From NCBI GenBank assembly GCA_013239625.1, contig MU054391.1, positions 8,403,095 through 8,467,094 of the forward strand: a stretch of 64,000 nucleotides of DNA. The letters run 5' to 3'. Both the position numbers and the translations under genes were made by a program. This DNA comes from Lama guanicoe. Its lineage: Eukaryota. Of this stretch, positions 52,158 to 64,000 are shown piece by piece (position 1 is the stretch's first letter; every line of letters starts with the position of its first letter). The notes beneath the pieces were generated by a model. That model was not told the origin of the DNA. It saw only the letters and a program-made list of their open reading frames with translations, and searched no databases.

Positions 52158-52560
52158 AATGTTTCAGTAAGTGCTTTTATCAGGAAAACAGAAGCCATTC
52201 TGTGTATTCAGGGAATGAGAGGTTGTAATAGAAAGAATTCAATATCTACACAACCATTTACAAGTTTAGTGGAGCAAAGGTCCTGGAGGCCCGTGTCTAG
52301 GATCTCTTCAGCACCAAGGTGGGAGGCTCTCAGGAACCCCTCCAGAAGCTGCGTGTACCCTTCACGAGCCCTCTGCATGTGTGTTTGCCCATAAATTGCT
52401 CAACAGAATTGGGACCCCTGCTTCCCTTCTGCATTGCAAATCTCACACCTGTGCCTCATAATGGGGACCAAAGAAGATAGCTGATACGTTCCTTGGTTTT
52501 TCCTCTGCAGTGCGGGGGAGATCTTAGAAGGAGTTGATGGTGACAGCAAGTTTAATAATC
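52158..52560 (-). mobile_element. Old ERVL-type LTR (LTR40/41-like)
   Basis: 'tcaggaaaacagaagccattctgtgtattcagg...ttgtaatagaaagaatt' resembles a reverse LTR 3' end. Confidence 0.5.
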
Positions 52561-53099
52561 ATCAGCTTCGCCAGATCTTGGGCAAAATATTCTCTAAATC
52601 ATCATATTTTCTTTATCAGACAACCCAGAACCACTGTTCTGTACAAGAGAATGAGAGGATGAAATTGCCTTCGACCTGTGATGTGAACGTGCCCCCTTGA
52701 GTTATGCATGAGCTATGCAAGGACACCATCAAATTACTCTTCAGACGCTGGACATAAAAGAGGGCTGGTGATGAACTGCACACAGGACTCTAGTTTCTCA
52801 GGAAGACTATGTTCCATATTAAATCACTTAATTGGCAGACTGACTCATACATTAATGTGAATCTACCAACAAATGACAAATACCTGAGGTTGTGGGATAA
52901 TTAAATATCTGTGCAGAATAAATAACATGCCCAGATCAGCTGGAGGTTCACTAATTTTATCTACCTCTAGGATCAGCATTTAAATTAGAAGTAATTGAAT
53001 AAGAGTTCTATAAAAAGGAATACCTGAAAATACTTTTTCTTATCTTTTCCTTTCCTTTCTTTTTTATTTTCCTGTTTCCTTTTCTTTGGTTTTTGAAAT

Positions 53100-54625
53100 A
53101 ATATTATTTTAAAGACTGAGGTATAACATACATACAGTGACGTACACAAATCTTAAACACATAACTCAACTAAATTTTGTATGTATGTGTTCATGTGCTC
53201 ACTACTCAGACTGAGATATAGAAGATCTTCATCACCCCAGGCAGACCTAGACCCCGCCTGTCCCATCTCACTCAATAATTTGAGGGAACTCCTGCTCTTA
53301 TTTCTGTTGTCAGAGGTTAGTTTTTCCTGTCTTTGCGATACTTAGCTAGTGAATTACATGAATGCACTCGTTTGTGATTGTACTCTTCCACTCAACATCA
53401 TGTCTGTGAGGTTGAACAAAATGTGCGTTATCATAGCTCACTCATTTTTACTGCTGTGTAGTGCTCCACTATGGAAACTTATTTCACTTTATTTAGACAT
53501 TCTTTATTTGTTCTTTAAGTCGTTTCCACATTTTGGCTATTGTGAGTAAAGCTGCTATGGACATTCTTGTATGTGCCTTTTGGTTGACATACACATTTCT
53601 CTCAGGTATATGTCTAGGAGTAGTAATGTTGGATTATATGTTGGCTTATGTTTAGCTTTAATAAATATAAAACTATTTTCCAAAAGTTTACATTTCTTCA
53701 GAAATTATGAGAGTTCTTCTACATCCTCTACAGCATTTAGTGTGATCATATGTTTTAGATTGTCATTGAATTAGTTGTGTATTATTATAACAGTATAGTT
53801 TCATGTTATTATAATTAATAAGTTTACATATAATGAAACAGACTTTTTTAGTGCACAATTCTATGAGTTCAACCTGCACATAGGTTTTGTTTTGTTTTTT
53901 TTCCTAAGATCCATCACAATCAAGATGCAGAACAGTTTCATCACGAGAAAAAAAGTTCCTTGGTGCTACCTCTTGGAGTCAAATCATTCTTGCCTCTAAC
54001 ATTTCAAAACCACTGATCTGTACTCCATACTTACAGTTTCACTTATTCTAGAATGTCATATAAATGATATTATACAGTTTGGAAACATTTGTGGCTGGGT
54101 TCTTTCACTCAGCATGCCTTTGACATTCATTCACCCTGTCGAGTGCATCCTCAGAGTTAATTCCTTTCCACTGTCAAACGGTGGTAGTTTATGGATACAC
54201 CACAGATTATTTATCCAGTCACCCACTGAACTACGTTTGGGTTGCCTCTAGTTTTGTGTGACTAAGAATATAGTACAATCAATATCATATTAGAAGTGCC
54301 AAACTGTTTTCCAGAGTGGCTGTACCATTTTGCATTGCCATCACCAATGTGTTAGAATTTTTAGTTTTTCCAAAGCCATGCCAACACTTGGTTTTGTGAG
54401 GATTAATTTATTGTAGCAAAGTTAATCAGTGTGTAATAACATTCCACTGAGGATTTATTTTGCATTTCTCAAATAGCTAGTGATACTGAGCACCTTTTCA
54501 TATGATTAATTGCCATATGTCTTCTTTGGTGAAATATCTGCTTAAGTTTTTGCCATTGTAGTTTTTGGCGGTGGAGAGTTGTTTGTTTTGTACTTCTGAG
54601 GTTTTACAGGTTCTTTAAATATTTT
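53100..54625 (-). mobile_element. Two adjacent or nested old L1M 3' ends (about 53100-53790 and 53810-54625)
   Basis: 'gaggtataacatacatacagtga', 'ttttggctattgtgagtaaagctgctatggacattcttgt', 'tgccaaactgttttccagagtggctgtaccattttgcatt'. Confidence 0.9.
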
Positions 54626-56769
54626 GCTCTCTATTGTTATCTGTCCATTGGGAAAGCTTATATTCATACACTTCGACCCAAAAGTTATTTTCTAATCAGT
54701 GTCTAAGCTGAGAGCAGACCTCCTTTATTAATAATTCATTTTATTAGGTGTGCAATCTATTAGGTATAAGTTCCTAATTGTAGAATCTTTTTGTAATATT
54801 ATTTAACCACCTAACTAAGCACCCTACATCCTAAGTATATCATGTAGGCTAGGTTTTTTCACCTGCTCAATAAAATTGATATTCCAAAAATGTCTTTTCT
54901 CACTACTGTTCTATTATTTCAATTATAATAAAACAGCTTAATTATTCACTTAGTGTCTGTCTCACTATCAGATAGTGACTTCCTTGAGGAAAGGGTTCAT
55001 GTCTTATTAAAATTTGAGTCCCACTGAATGTCAATGTTATTTGTCCTAAGTGTGAATTTTGTTTCTTCTGAATAGTGGCATTTGGACAGTCTTTATTTTC
55101 TCTTTATATGCTGTACACAAGTTACTTAATTTATTTTCCATTATTTTACAGGACTTCTGTAATTAGGAAGTTACAAATGATAATGTTAAAAATAAAATAA
55201 TTTATATTAGCATAATGACAGATAAATCATTATTTTAAACACAAAAAAGTTATTAATTTAGATTTTAAACTACCAAATGAAATAACACATTTGTTTCCAC
55301 ATGATAAATAATTTATGAAAGATTCACTCAAATTCAGTAAGCTATAATTTAAAGCATACTGATGTGGCGTTCAGGACACTCAGGATAACATCGAGCCAAT
55401 GATGTTGTACAATGAACACAATAATTATGTGGCACTGGTCATGCTGTTTCTCAGTTTAGGCCTTAGATTTCTCAGCTATAAAGTAAGTAAGACTTCTTTG
55501 ATGATATACGAGATTACTTTTAGCTATGATATCTTTCTAACTTTCAAAATAGCTTCACTTATTTTTAAACATATAACAAAATAGAAAAAGAAAACACTCG
55601 TTTTCAGCCTGAGTTTCCTTGGCTAATGGACTCTCAAAAATAGATGTCAGTCAGTAAGTTAGCACATAATGCCTCGGGCTGTTTTCCATAGAGACAAAAA
55701 GTAAATCCCTACAGAATTCTATTTCAAATAAGAAAAATGTGTTTTGTCACCACTAAGATACTTTCAAAACTTCTTATCATCACCATGCAATTTGCATGCA
55801 GAGAAAAAGAATCTGTATTTTTTTTAAGTGGCACAGAAAGATCTATCATTCTTTGAAATGGATAAAATGATGCATGTTGGGCAACAGACCTAAGCAACCC
55901 AGAAAACTTACACAGATGAACAGAAAGGTGATTTCCTTTCTTAGTCAATGTGATCAATATTGCATTAGTAACTCAATTTATATTACAACTTTCATGATGT
56001 TTCTTTTTGCTGCCATCAATTTTCCTGTCTGTCATGTCACTCCCTAGACATACAAAGTTCCACGTCTCAAACAACGTGAAACAATGAAACATTTTAATTT
56101 GAATGAACTCTTTATAACTCCATGCCTAACAGCACTCCATTCTGCTGAGAGAGATAAATTTAAAATATGTAAATCTATGACTCCCTCTTAATCCTTTCCA
56201 TATTCCCATCACCCTGACAATCGAACCTAAACCAGCATAGCCCAGAAAGTCCTTCCTGATATTTTATTTGTGTACTCATCATTATCATCCCTGACACTCT
56301 CCTCAATGCTATGCGTTTTATCAAGTACGTTTTTAGAAACATGTCTGTTTAGAAAAGCGTAACGGTATTATTTCCTCAAAATCAGTTGTTGAAGGTTTAA
56401 ATATAAAACCATTCTATTATTGATAATTTTGCATAGGTTACTCATACTTATTAATATTTCAATTTAGCACAAAGGAGGGTTAAGCTTGCCTTCTGGGTCA
56501 GAGAGCAGACAGCAGCCAGTTCTCTTAAGTGCATGCTAAGATCCGTCCAGACTCTGATTCTGCAAATTTAGATTATTCTTCACCTCAAACATTTCACATT
56601 TAAGGGTGGCATAATAAAGTAAAATCTGTTCAGGATTTAGGATCAGAGAAAATAAAATCAAGCTTCAGATGATAAGAACGATACAAAAACAAAACTAATA
56701 TTAGGAATATCAGGAGTCATACTCACAGCTGTTGAGTTCTTACTTTGTGACAGTTGCTTTAAATAATGT

Positions 56770-57110
56770 TTCCATTAGGCCTTCAGCGTTTTAGAGGAGG
56801 AAGTTATTAGCCTCATCTAAAGAAGAGAATACTGAAGGCTGAAAAATTTAAGTGACCTTCTCAAACCATCAAAGGTGGTAAACAGAATCAGCATTCAAAC
56901 CCAGTTATGCCTGATACAAATACTCTTGTTCTATCCTCCCTCCCTGCCAACTAAAACTATGTTATGCAGGTCAATGTATTTAATATCTTTGAAAATCACT
57001 TTTCTCTTCTAAAATATGGGATATAATATTACCTATATTAAATATTTTTGAGGACACAATATAAAAACATATGTAATGCCTCATTCAACTATATGTTATT
57101 AAATATTCAT
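56770..57110. mobile_element. Two MIR fragments in opposite orientation
   Basis: Minus: 'agaagagaatactgaaggctgaaaaatttaagtgaccttc'; plus: 'ctcttctaaaatatgggatataatattacctat'. Confidence 0.65.
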
Positions 57111-57280
57111 TTATTTAATAACATTTATTAAGAAATAACTTTGTGGCAGATTTGTTTTCTAAGTGCTCCCAGTAGAGTAGCAATAAATAAAACTGAAACA
57201 AACCCCTGTCTTTAAGGGATTTGTTTTTATTCTAATAGGAGGAAATAGACAATAAGCAAAATAGAAAATAAATGAATCCT
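57100..57280 (-). mobile_element. L2 3' end
   Basis: 'attcatttatttaataacatttattaag...aaacccctgtctttaagggatttg'. Confidence 0.7.
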
Positions 57281-58564
57281 TACAGCTATGAGAGCCTTAG
57301 TTTGCCTTCAGTTGCAACATAAGTTTAAGGCCTGGAGGCGACGGAGAGTTCTGCTTGTGAGTAAGAGGAGAAAGATGCAAGAGAGTGTTACTGCCATTCT
57401 AAGAATGAGGAAAAGCAGGTAATCTACAAAACCATCCTTTCCATTGACCTCATCAAAAAGGCAAGGTCACAACGCCACACAGGGAACTGAATTCCAGAGA
57501 GGACCAAATGCCTCCAAGGAGAGCAGGGATATGTGAACTGTTTCACCTCTGGCAAGTGGAAGAAGAATAAGAAGCAGACTCCACAGAAGCAGGCGAGAAT
57601 AAATTAGCTGCAACTTTAACAAACTTCTGAAGGCCAAACGTGGGCTAGCATGCCAGCTTAAAATAGAACTGGCCATGGGAGAGCTCACACTTGCTCAGAA
57701 GCTCTTTTCCATGGGTCTGTCTTGGGAACTCACCCAAAGAGCAGGGACAAGAGAAACCTGGGGAGCATCCCTCAGTGCACAGTCCTGTGGATGAGAGGCA
57801 CAAACGCTTGCCTGAACCCTTCTCTCAAGCATCAATGATAGTAGTAAATATTAATTGAAAAGGATTTAAGTCACCGGAAGAGGGGCCCCCAAACCTCTGC
57901 CTCACAAAGGCATGGGCGGAGAGGCACAAGCAGGACCCTCTGCCTTCAGACGTCAGAAACCCTCCGCCTGCCCCAGAAAACCAAGTGCAGACCCAGGGTT
58001 TTTCTTATTGTTGCCGTTGCTGCTGCTGTGTTTTGGAAGAAAGCAGCAGTAAAAGCTACTGGCCACTAGAGGAAAATCAAGAAATCTTCTCATGCCCAAG
58101 GTCCAAGACAGATGCAAGGAAGTACTAGCTTCTGAGAGGAAGAGAGTGAAGGAATGCTTAAAGGTCCAACCTTGAACCCAGAAGCACAGGTCTTACCAAA
58201 AACAGAGGCTGGATTAAGAAGCATTTCCTCTCTGCACCACAAGCCTAACAATGAATAATAAGCAACAGAAGTCTACTACCTGGAGGCATGTTAAGTGCGG
58301 GGGAACAGAATACGAGCAACAACAAAACCCAAATTCCCCTCAACTAGTCATCAGACTCACCCAGTCTTGCACAGTAATGACTGGACAGAAGAAAACAGCT
58401 GGCCATTTCCAGTTATAAACAGTTATAAATGTCTCAATTTCTACACACAATTTTGTACTCAATCAAAAATACCAAGATACATGTGTTAAAAAACCAATAA
58501 AAATGACTGTCAAGAGATAACTCAGTGGTGAAATGATGAAATTATCCCACAGGACTTTAAAATC

Positions 58565-58689
58565 CAGTCAGCCCTCTGTATCCATGGGTTCTGCATCTAT
58601 GGATTCAACCAACTGTGGATCAAAAAACATATAAAAATTTCCAGAAAGTTTCCAGAAGCAAAACTTGAATTTGTCACATGTCCAGCAAC
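58565..58689 (-). mobile_element. MER2B/Tigger terminal fragment inserted in L1
   Basis: 'cagtcagccctctgtatccatgggttctgcatctatggattcaaccaac...gcaaaacttgaatttg', reverse-complementary to 4640-4752. Confidence 0.88.
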
Positions 58690-60386
58690 AGAGACTGAGA
58701 AAGGAAAAAGAGACAGATCAAAAGAAATATTTCAAATATAATAGTTGATAATTTTTGAGCAGAATGAAAGAATGGAGAAAAAAGACAACCAAACACAGAT
58801 TTAAAGGAGCTCAGAGAAATATAAACATTATTAATAAAAAAAAAGTGAGGAAAAAGCTAGGCATATTGTAGTCTGACTGCACAGAAGCAAATGTTAAGAG
58901 AGGATCTTGAAACCAACATGAAGGAAAGAAAAAAAAATACACACAGAGGAACAAAGATAAGATATATGGCATGACATCCTTAAATACTAGAAGAAAGGGA
59001 AAAATAATTTGCCAACACAGAATTCGATACCCAGTGAAAATATTTTTCAAAGATGAAGATGAAATATTTCATCAAACAAAAACTAAGATAATCAATTTTT
59101 AGTAAACCTAATAAAAACAAATGTTAAAAAATTTGTTCAGGCAGAAGAAATATGACAGATGTAAATTTGAACCTATATATAGAAAAAAAGAGAAGTATAC
59201 ATGGTAAAAATGTACACAGATAACATACATATTCTTATTTTTATTCTTTAAAGAATATGGATTTTCTAAAGCAAAGAGAGTAATAATATATTTTGCTTTA
59301 CAACATATGCAGAATTAGATTGCATAAAAAGAATAGTTCAAAGGATAAGAGAGAGGGAATAAAATATATTGTAAGATTCTTTCATCCTACATGAAGTGGC
59401 ATTATGTCATTTGATGATTCATTGTGATAAGTTAAAGTCATGTATTTTTAAAATATGTAAACATGGAAAAATTTTTTAAAGTGTGTAACTAGTCAGTGGA
59501 GATAGGTGAATTCATAACAAATCACAATTAATCAAAAAAAAGTCAGAAAGTGAAGATCAAAAATAAGTGAGACAAAAAGAAATCAACTAGAAATGATAGA
59601 TTAAAATCCAACCATATCAATGTTGCATAGAAAGAACTATTAACAGTGAAGAAGACATACAATGTAAGATGTGTAGGTGTCAAACAACTGTACTTTAAAA
59701 TTAATGAATTAAAACCAAAAAATGACAGAACTGAAAAGAGTAATAGAAAAAAAATCAAAATACTTATTTTTTAATGTGTGCATGGAATATTCAGTTATAT
59801 CTTAGTTGATTAAAAAATAAAATTCAATAAATTTAAAATAATAGAATTTATACAAAGTATGTTCTCTAACCACAGTGGAATTAAATTAGAAACCAGCAAC
59901 ATAAAGATATTTAGAAATTCTCTGAGGTTTTGGAAATTAAGGAATCTATCTCTAAATAATTCATAGATCAAGAAAGAAATGGCCAGGGAAATAGACATTT
60001 ATTTGGAATTTAGTAAAAAAATATTAAAATGAACAACAACAACAAAAAACAAAACAACATAAAGTTTGGGATGAAATCAAAGCAGTGCTTAGCAGGAATT
60101 TTATAAAGTTAAATATCTACATTAAAAAACAACCAAGTTCTTAAATCACTACTTGAAGTTTCTAACATTAGAGAGAGAGAGAGAGCAAAAGAGAGAGAAG
60201 AAAGGAGAAGGAGGAGGAGAGGGGCAAATTAAATCCACAGCAAACAGGAGGAAGGAAATAAAATAAGAGCAAAAATCAATTTAAAAAAAACTAAGAAAAA
60301 TAATTAAATATCAATGCAACGTAACCAAAAGTAGTTCACTGAATAGATAAATAAAACTGATAAATCTCTAGCCAGGCTGATAAGGT

Positions 60387-60390
<4 letters not shown>

Positions 60391-60424
<34 letters not shown>
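60391..60424. repeat. (CA)17 microsatellite
   Basis: Perfect 34-nt run. Confidence 0.98.
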
Positions 60425-60426
<2 letters not shown>

Positions 60427-62789
60427 AACCACCAATATCAGGATTAAAAGTGGTGCCATCACTACAGAGCCTACAGACAATAAAAATAGAGTATTATTAT
60501 AACTTTATGCCAATATTTTGATAATATGGAAAAAATACCAATTTCTTGAAAGACAACAAAGCTTATTCAAGATGAAGCAGATAATCTAAACAGAAAAACT
60601 CTTACTAATAAGTTGAATTTTCAGTTAAACACTCTCCCAAGATGAAGCCTCAGGCCCACATGGCTTCATTGGTAATTAACTTTAAAAGCATAAGGGAGAA
60701 TGATAGCAATTCTACTAAATTAAACCACAAAATTAAAAAAAAAAAACAATTTACAACTCATTTTTTTGGTAAGGCCATCATTCCCCTAATTTCGAAACTA
60801 GCCATTCCAAGGAAAGAAAACTACAAACTAATATACCTTATGAACCAAGATACAAACAATCCTTAACAAAATGTTGATGAATACAATCTAGAAGAATATA
60901 AAATATATTTTCAAAATACATCATTGTCAGATGAGATTTATCCTAGAAATTCAAAATTGTTTCAACATTCAAAAAAATGTCATTACAATTCAACTTTTCA
61001 ACAGACCAGAATAAAAGTGAACCATACAACCATCTTAGTAGATACAATTTACAAAACCTACTACCCATCCATGACTCAAAATAAAAACAAACAAGAAAGT
61101 AAAACTTCCAATACCTTAGGGATAGAATATTTTATCAACTAGATAAAGAACACCTATGCAAAACTCATAACAAACATCATACTTTATTCGATGACTGAGT
61201 GCTGTCTGGGTGAGACTGGGACCCGGCAAACGGTATCCACTCTTAACACTACTACTGGAGGGCTGGACAGTGCAATAAAGTTAATAAATAAATGTTTAAA
61301 CAAATCATTTTAGAGATTATACATAGGAAAGAAAATTTTTTATTTTAAAGCATATGATCATCCATGAAGGCTACATAAAACAGCTCTTAAATTAATAAAC
61401 GGATTTAGTAAAGCCCCAGAAAACAAAGCAGAATGGCTTGATGACCACATGAAATGGGAGAGTCTCACTGGGGTGATGGAACTATTCTGCATGTTGATTA
61501 TACTGGCAGTACATGATTATATGAGTTTGTCAAAATGCAGATCTGCACACCAAAAAGAGTGAATTTCAATGTATGTCAGCTCGAATTAAAAAAAACAAAT
61601 AAAGCATTATTGGAAAAGAAAGAAACAGACGTAAATACAGATTGGATGAAGAATCCTAATTTCCCTCCCCTACCAAAGGCTTCTTCTTACCTTCACCTTC
61701 AGTCTCACCTAAAGTTCCCTTTTGCATGTGTTTGTGTTTTTGTGTTTGGCTGGGTGTTGAGATGGAGGAATTAAAAGTATCTACTCGGTTGATATTTACA
61801 CTAGTTGTTTATTCTGCATACATTCCATGCTGACTTTTTCTCTGAACGTGAATGTAACTGATGAAATCATTACTTTATCAGAAATTTCCTTTTTTTTTAA
61901 TAATTATGAATCAGAGAATACCTTCAAAATTAATTTTAGCAACTTCTCTGTGACCAAGTCCTAAAAATCCAGGCTATTGATTGAACAAAAGAATTATTAT
62001 TACTAAAGACAAATTTCTGTTTTATTTTTAACACACTTCATCTTTTGGATGATCCATCTGTCATTCACATTGTGAGAACTTAAAGTTGAAAAGGATTAGA
62101 GAGACCTGGGGCTCTAGTCTTTAAACACTGAGGATTTTCCTCTCAATTTCCTTAACCCCTGGTCTCTGCTCTGCCTCCACTGTGAAACCACCAGTGATGC
62201 GGTTTCCTGCCTTTGTTGGGTTTCCCATTCCACACTTCAACAGCTGATTTGTTGCTGTTGTTGTTCTGCTGTTGCTACGTCTGCTTTAGTTTTTATGTTC
62301 TATTTTACATTCGTCTGAGTCATATTAATGCAGTCCTCAGGCAAAATGGTTCTCTTGTTCTGCTTCCACATGCTAGCCCATACAACATGGGAAGATCTCA
62401 CATGTTTCTGTGCTCCACAGGCTAAAATTACTACTGTTCTCATGAACAGATTTCAAAATTCCTTGCCATCTTTTAAGTTTAAATTCATCTGCTGAAAGTC
62501 TTCTTGTAGAGCAGCAGCAAGAATTGAATGCAGTTTTCCTGGGATTACGTCTTTACATTTAGAGAGTGAGTAGTTACCTCAAACGACTGCTTCCATTAAA
62601 AAATTCTCCCCTTTCCTTTTGTAGCTTTTAGTTTACCATTATTACAAAAACAATGATTTTTATATGATATCATGTTACTACACTGTAGGATATACAGTTA
62701 TTTTTGTTATGCTGAAAATAATTCATATTTTTATTTATATGCTATAATATACCCATCTGTTCAATCTTTTGAACAAGAAAAGGAGAAAG

Positions 62790-63030
62790 AAATTATTAAC
62801 ACTACTGAAAGATCTATGACGTGTCAAGCACTGTGCCATAACATTTGCATACATTTTCTTATTCATTTCCAAATCAGCCCTATAAAGTTAGCATTATATA
62901 TTTCCATTTTAAATGGCAAAACCAGGCTCAAAGGATCTAATTAAACTACCTAAATTTATACAACTTATGAGAGAGGAATAAGAATGTGAACCTTTATCTG
63001 TTGTCATCAAAGCCTAATGATACATATGAC
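62790..63030 (-). mobile_element. MIR
   Basis: 'actgaaagatctatgacgtgtcaagcactgtgc...tttccattttaaatggcaaaaccaggctcaaagga'. Confidence 0.75.
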
Positions 63031-63752
63031 TTGAAATCTTCAGAGAACAGAAAACCAGAATAGTTTGAATATATTTCACATTGCTATTCACAAAAACAGA
63101 CCAAAAATTATCGTGTCTTGTAATAACGTGCGTGTGAGACTTTGTGATTTTTTTCACCTCTCTAGAGCCATATGTATTGGTTACTGAATACTGTATAACA
63201 TTTACAAGAGCTTGTTCCAGTATTCACATGTGCTAGTGCATTAAGGGTGAATGTGGAAGAAGTATTTTACAATAATCCAATTATGAACACCAACATATAA
63301 ATGATTTGCCTAATAATATCTCCTCTTAAATAATGAGAATTACAATCATTGAGAATTACATAAATACTATTTAAATCAGTCAATGCATACTCTACGTCCA
63401 ACTCGGTATGCTAGTGCAACCCGGTTAGGAATCAGATGCCAAAGAGTATGTAAGGAGGACTGCAATTTTCCCTCAGTGAGATCACGGGAAGCACTAAAGA
63501 ATTCTTTCTCTGTGCTAACAGTGTTCTCCCAATCCTACCTCTACTCAGTTTTCAACTTGGGGTTGGTGAACATAGCCTGATCCATGGCCCTGACGTTTGG
63601 GGATTTGGCCAGCACCTGATTTCTTGGCTCTCACACAACAACCGCCCTCATTCCAGCAGCAAAGCCTCCAATACTGACATCATATCCTTCTTTAGTCTAA
63701 GTTTTTCTTCTCATTTGAAGTCTCCTTTCTTTACCAAGCCATAGCCTACCAA

Positions 63753-64000
63753 TTTTTTTTTTATTATTGAAGTATAATCAGTTTATGATGTTGTGCCATT
63801 TTCTGGTGTACAGCATGTTTTGGTCATACATGTGTACACATATATTCCTTTTCATATTCTCTTTCATTATAGTTGACTACAAGATATTGAATAAAGTTCC
63901 CTGTGCTATACAGAAGAAACTTGTTTCTATTTTATATATAGTAGTTAGCATCTACAAATCTTGAACTCTCAATTTATTTCCACCCCCTTTCCTGCCTGGT
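63753..64000 (-). mobile_element. Camelid/artiodactyl-type L1 3' UTR, runs off the window
   Basis: Poly-T then 'attgaagtataatcagttta...tacaagatattgaataaagttccctgtgctatacag'. Confidence 0.9.

Larger units (their letters stand above)
57330..61600 (+). mobile_element. Old L1M (L1ME-like): 5' UTR, ORF1 and ORF2 remnants, short 3' end
   Basis: 'atgttctctaaccacagtggaattaaattagaaaccagcaac', 'aaaactgataaatctctagccaggctga', 'gaaagaaaactacaaactaatatacc'. Confidence 0.9.

Noticed and set aside
1187..63964. Short ORFs in the six-frame track as genes
   Set aside because: All are 126 aa or shorter, many lie in repeats or start at non-ATG codons, and none resembles a host protein I recognise

Overview
AT-rich, CpG-poor mammalian genomic DNA, very probably camelid (alpaca, llama or camel). 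The assignment rests on a vic-1-type tRNA-derived SINE at 37002-37110 and camelid-type young L1 3' tails. The window reads as intronic or intergenic. Much of it is decayed transposon: L1, L2, MIR, ERV/MaLR LTRs (MER21, MER41-like, LTR16, MLT1, MLT2, LTR33) and the DNA transposons MER2B and MER20, plus microsatellites. I recognise no host protein-coding exon, RNA gene, CpG island or prokaryote-type system; the only recognisable peptides in the ORF track are broken L1 ORF2 pieces. I found no convincing novel biological system. The best leads are a MER41-like LTR carrying a STAT GAS motif nested in a MER2B terminal repeat, TSD-flanked young insertions, a foreign filler inside an L1 tail, homeodomain and AP-1 motif clusters in repeat-free DNA, and a few unverified exon-like segments. 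Repeat names come from remembered consensus sequences and boundaries are approximate unless TSDs are given.
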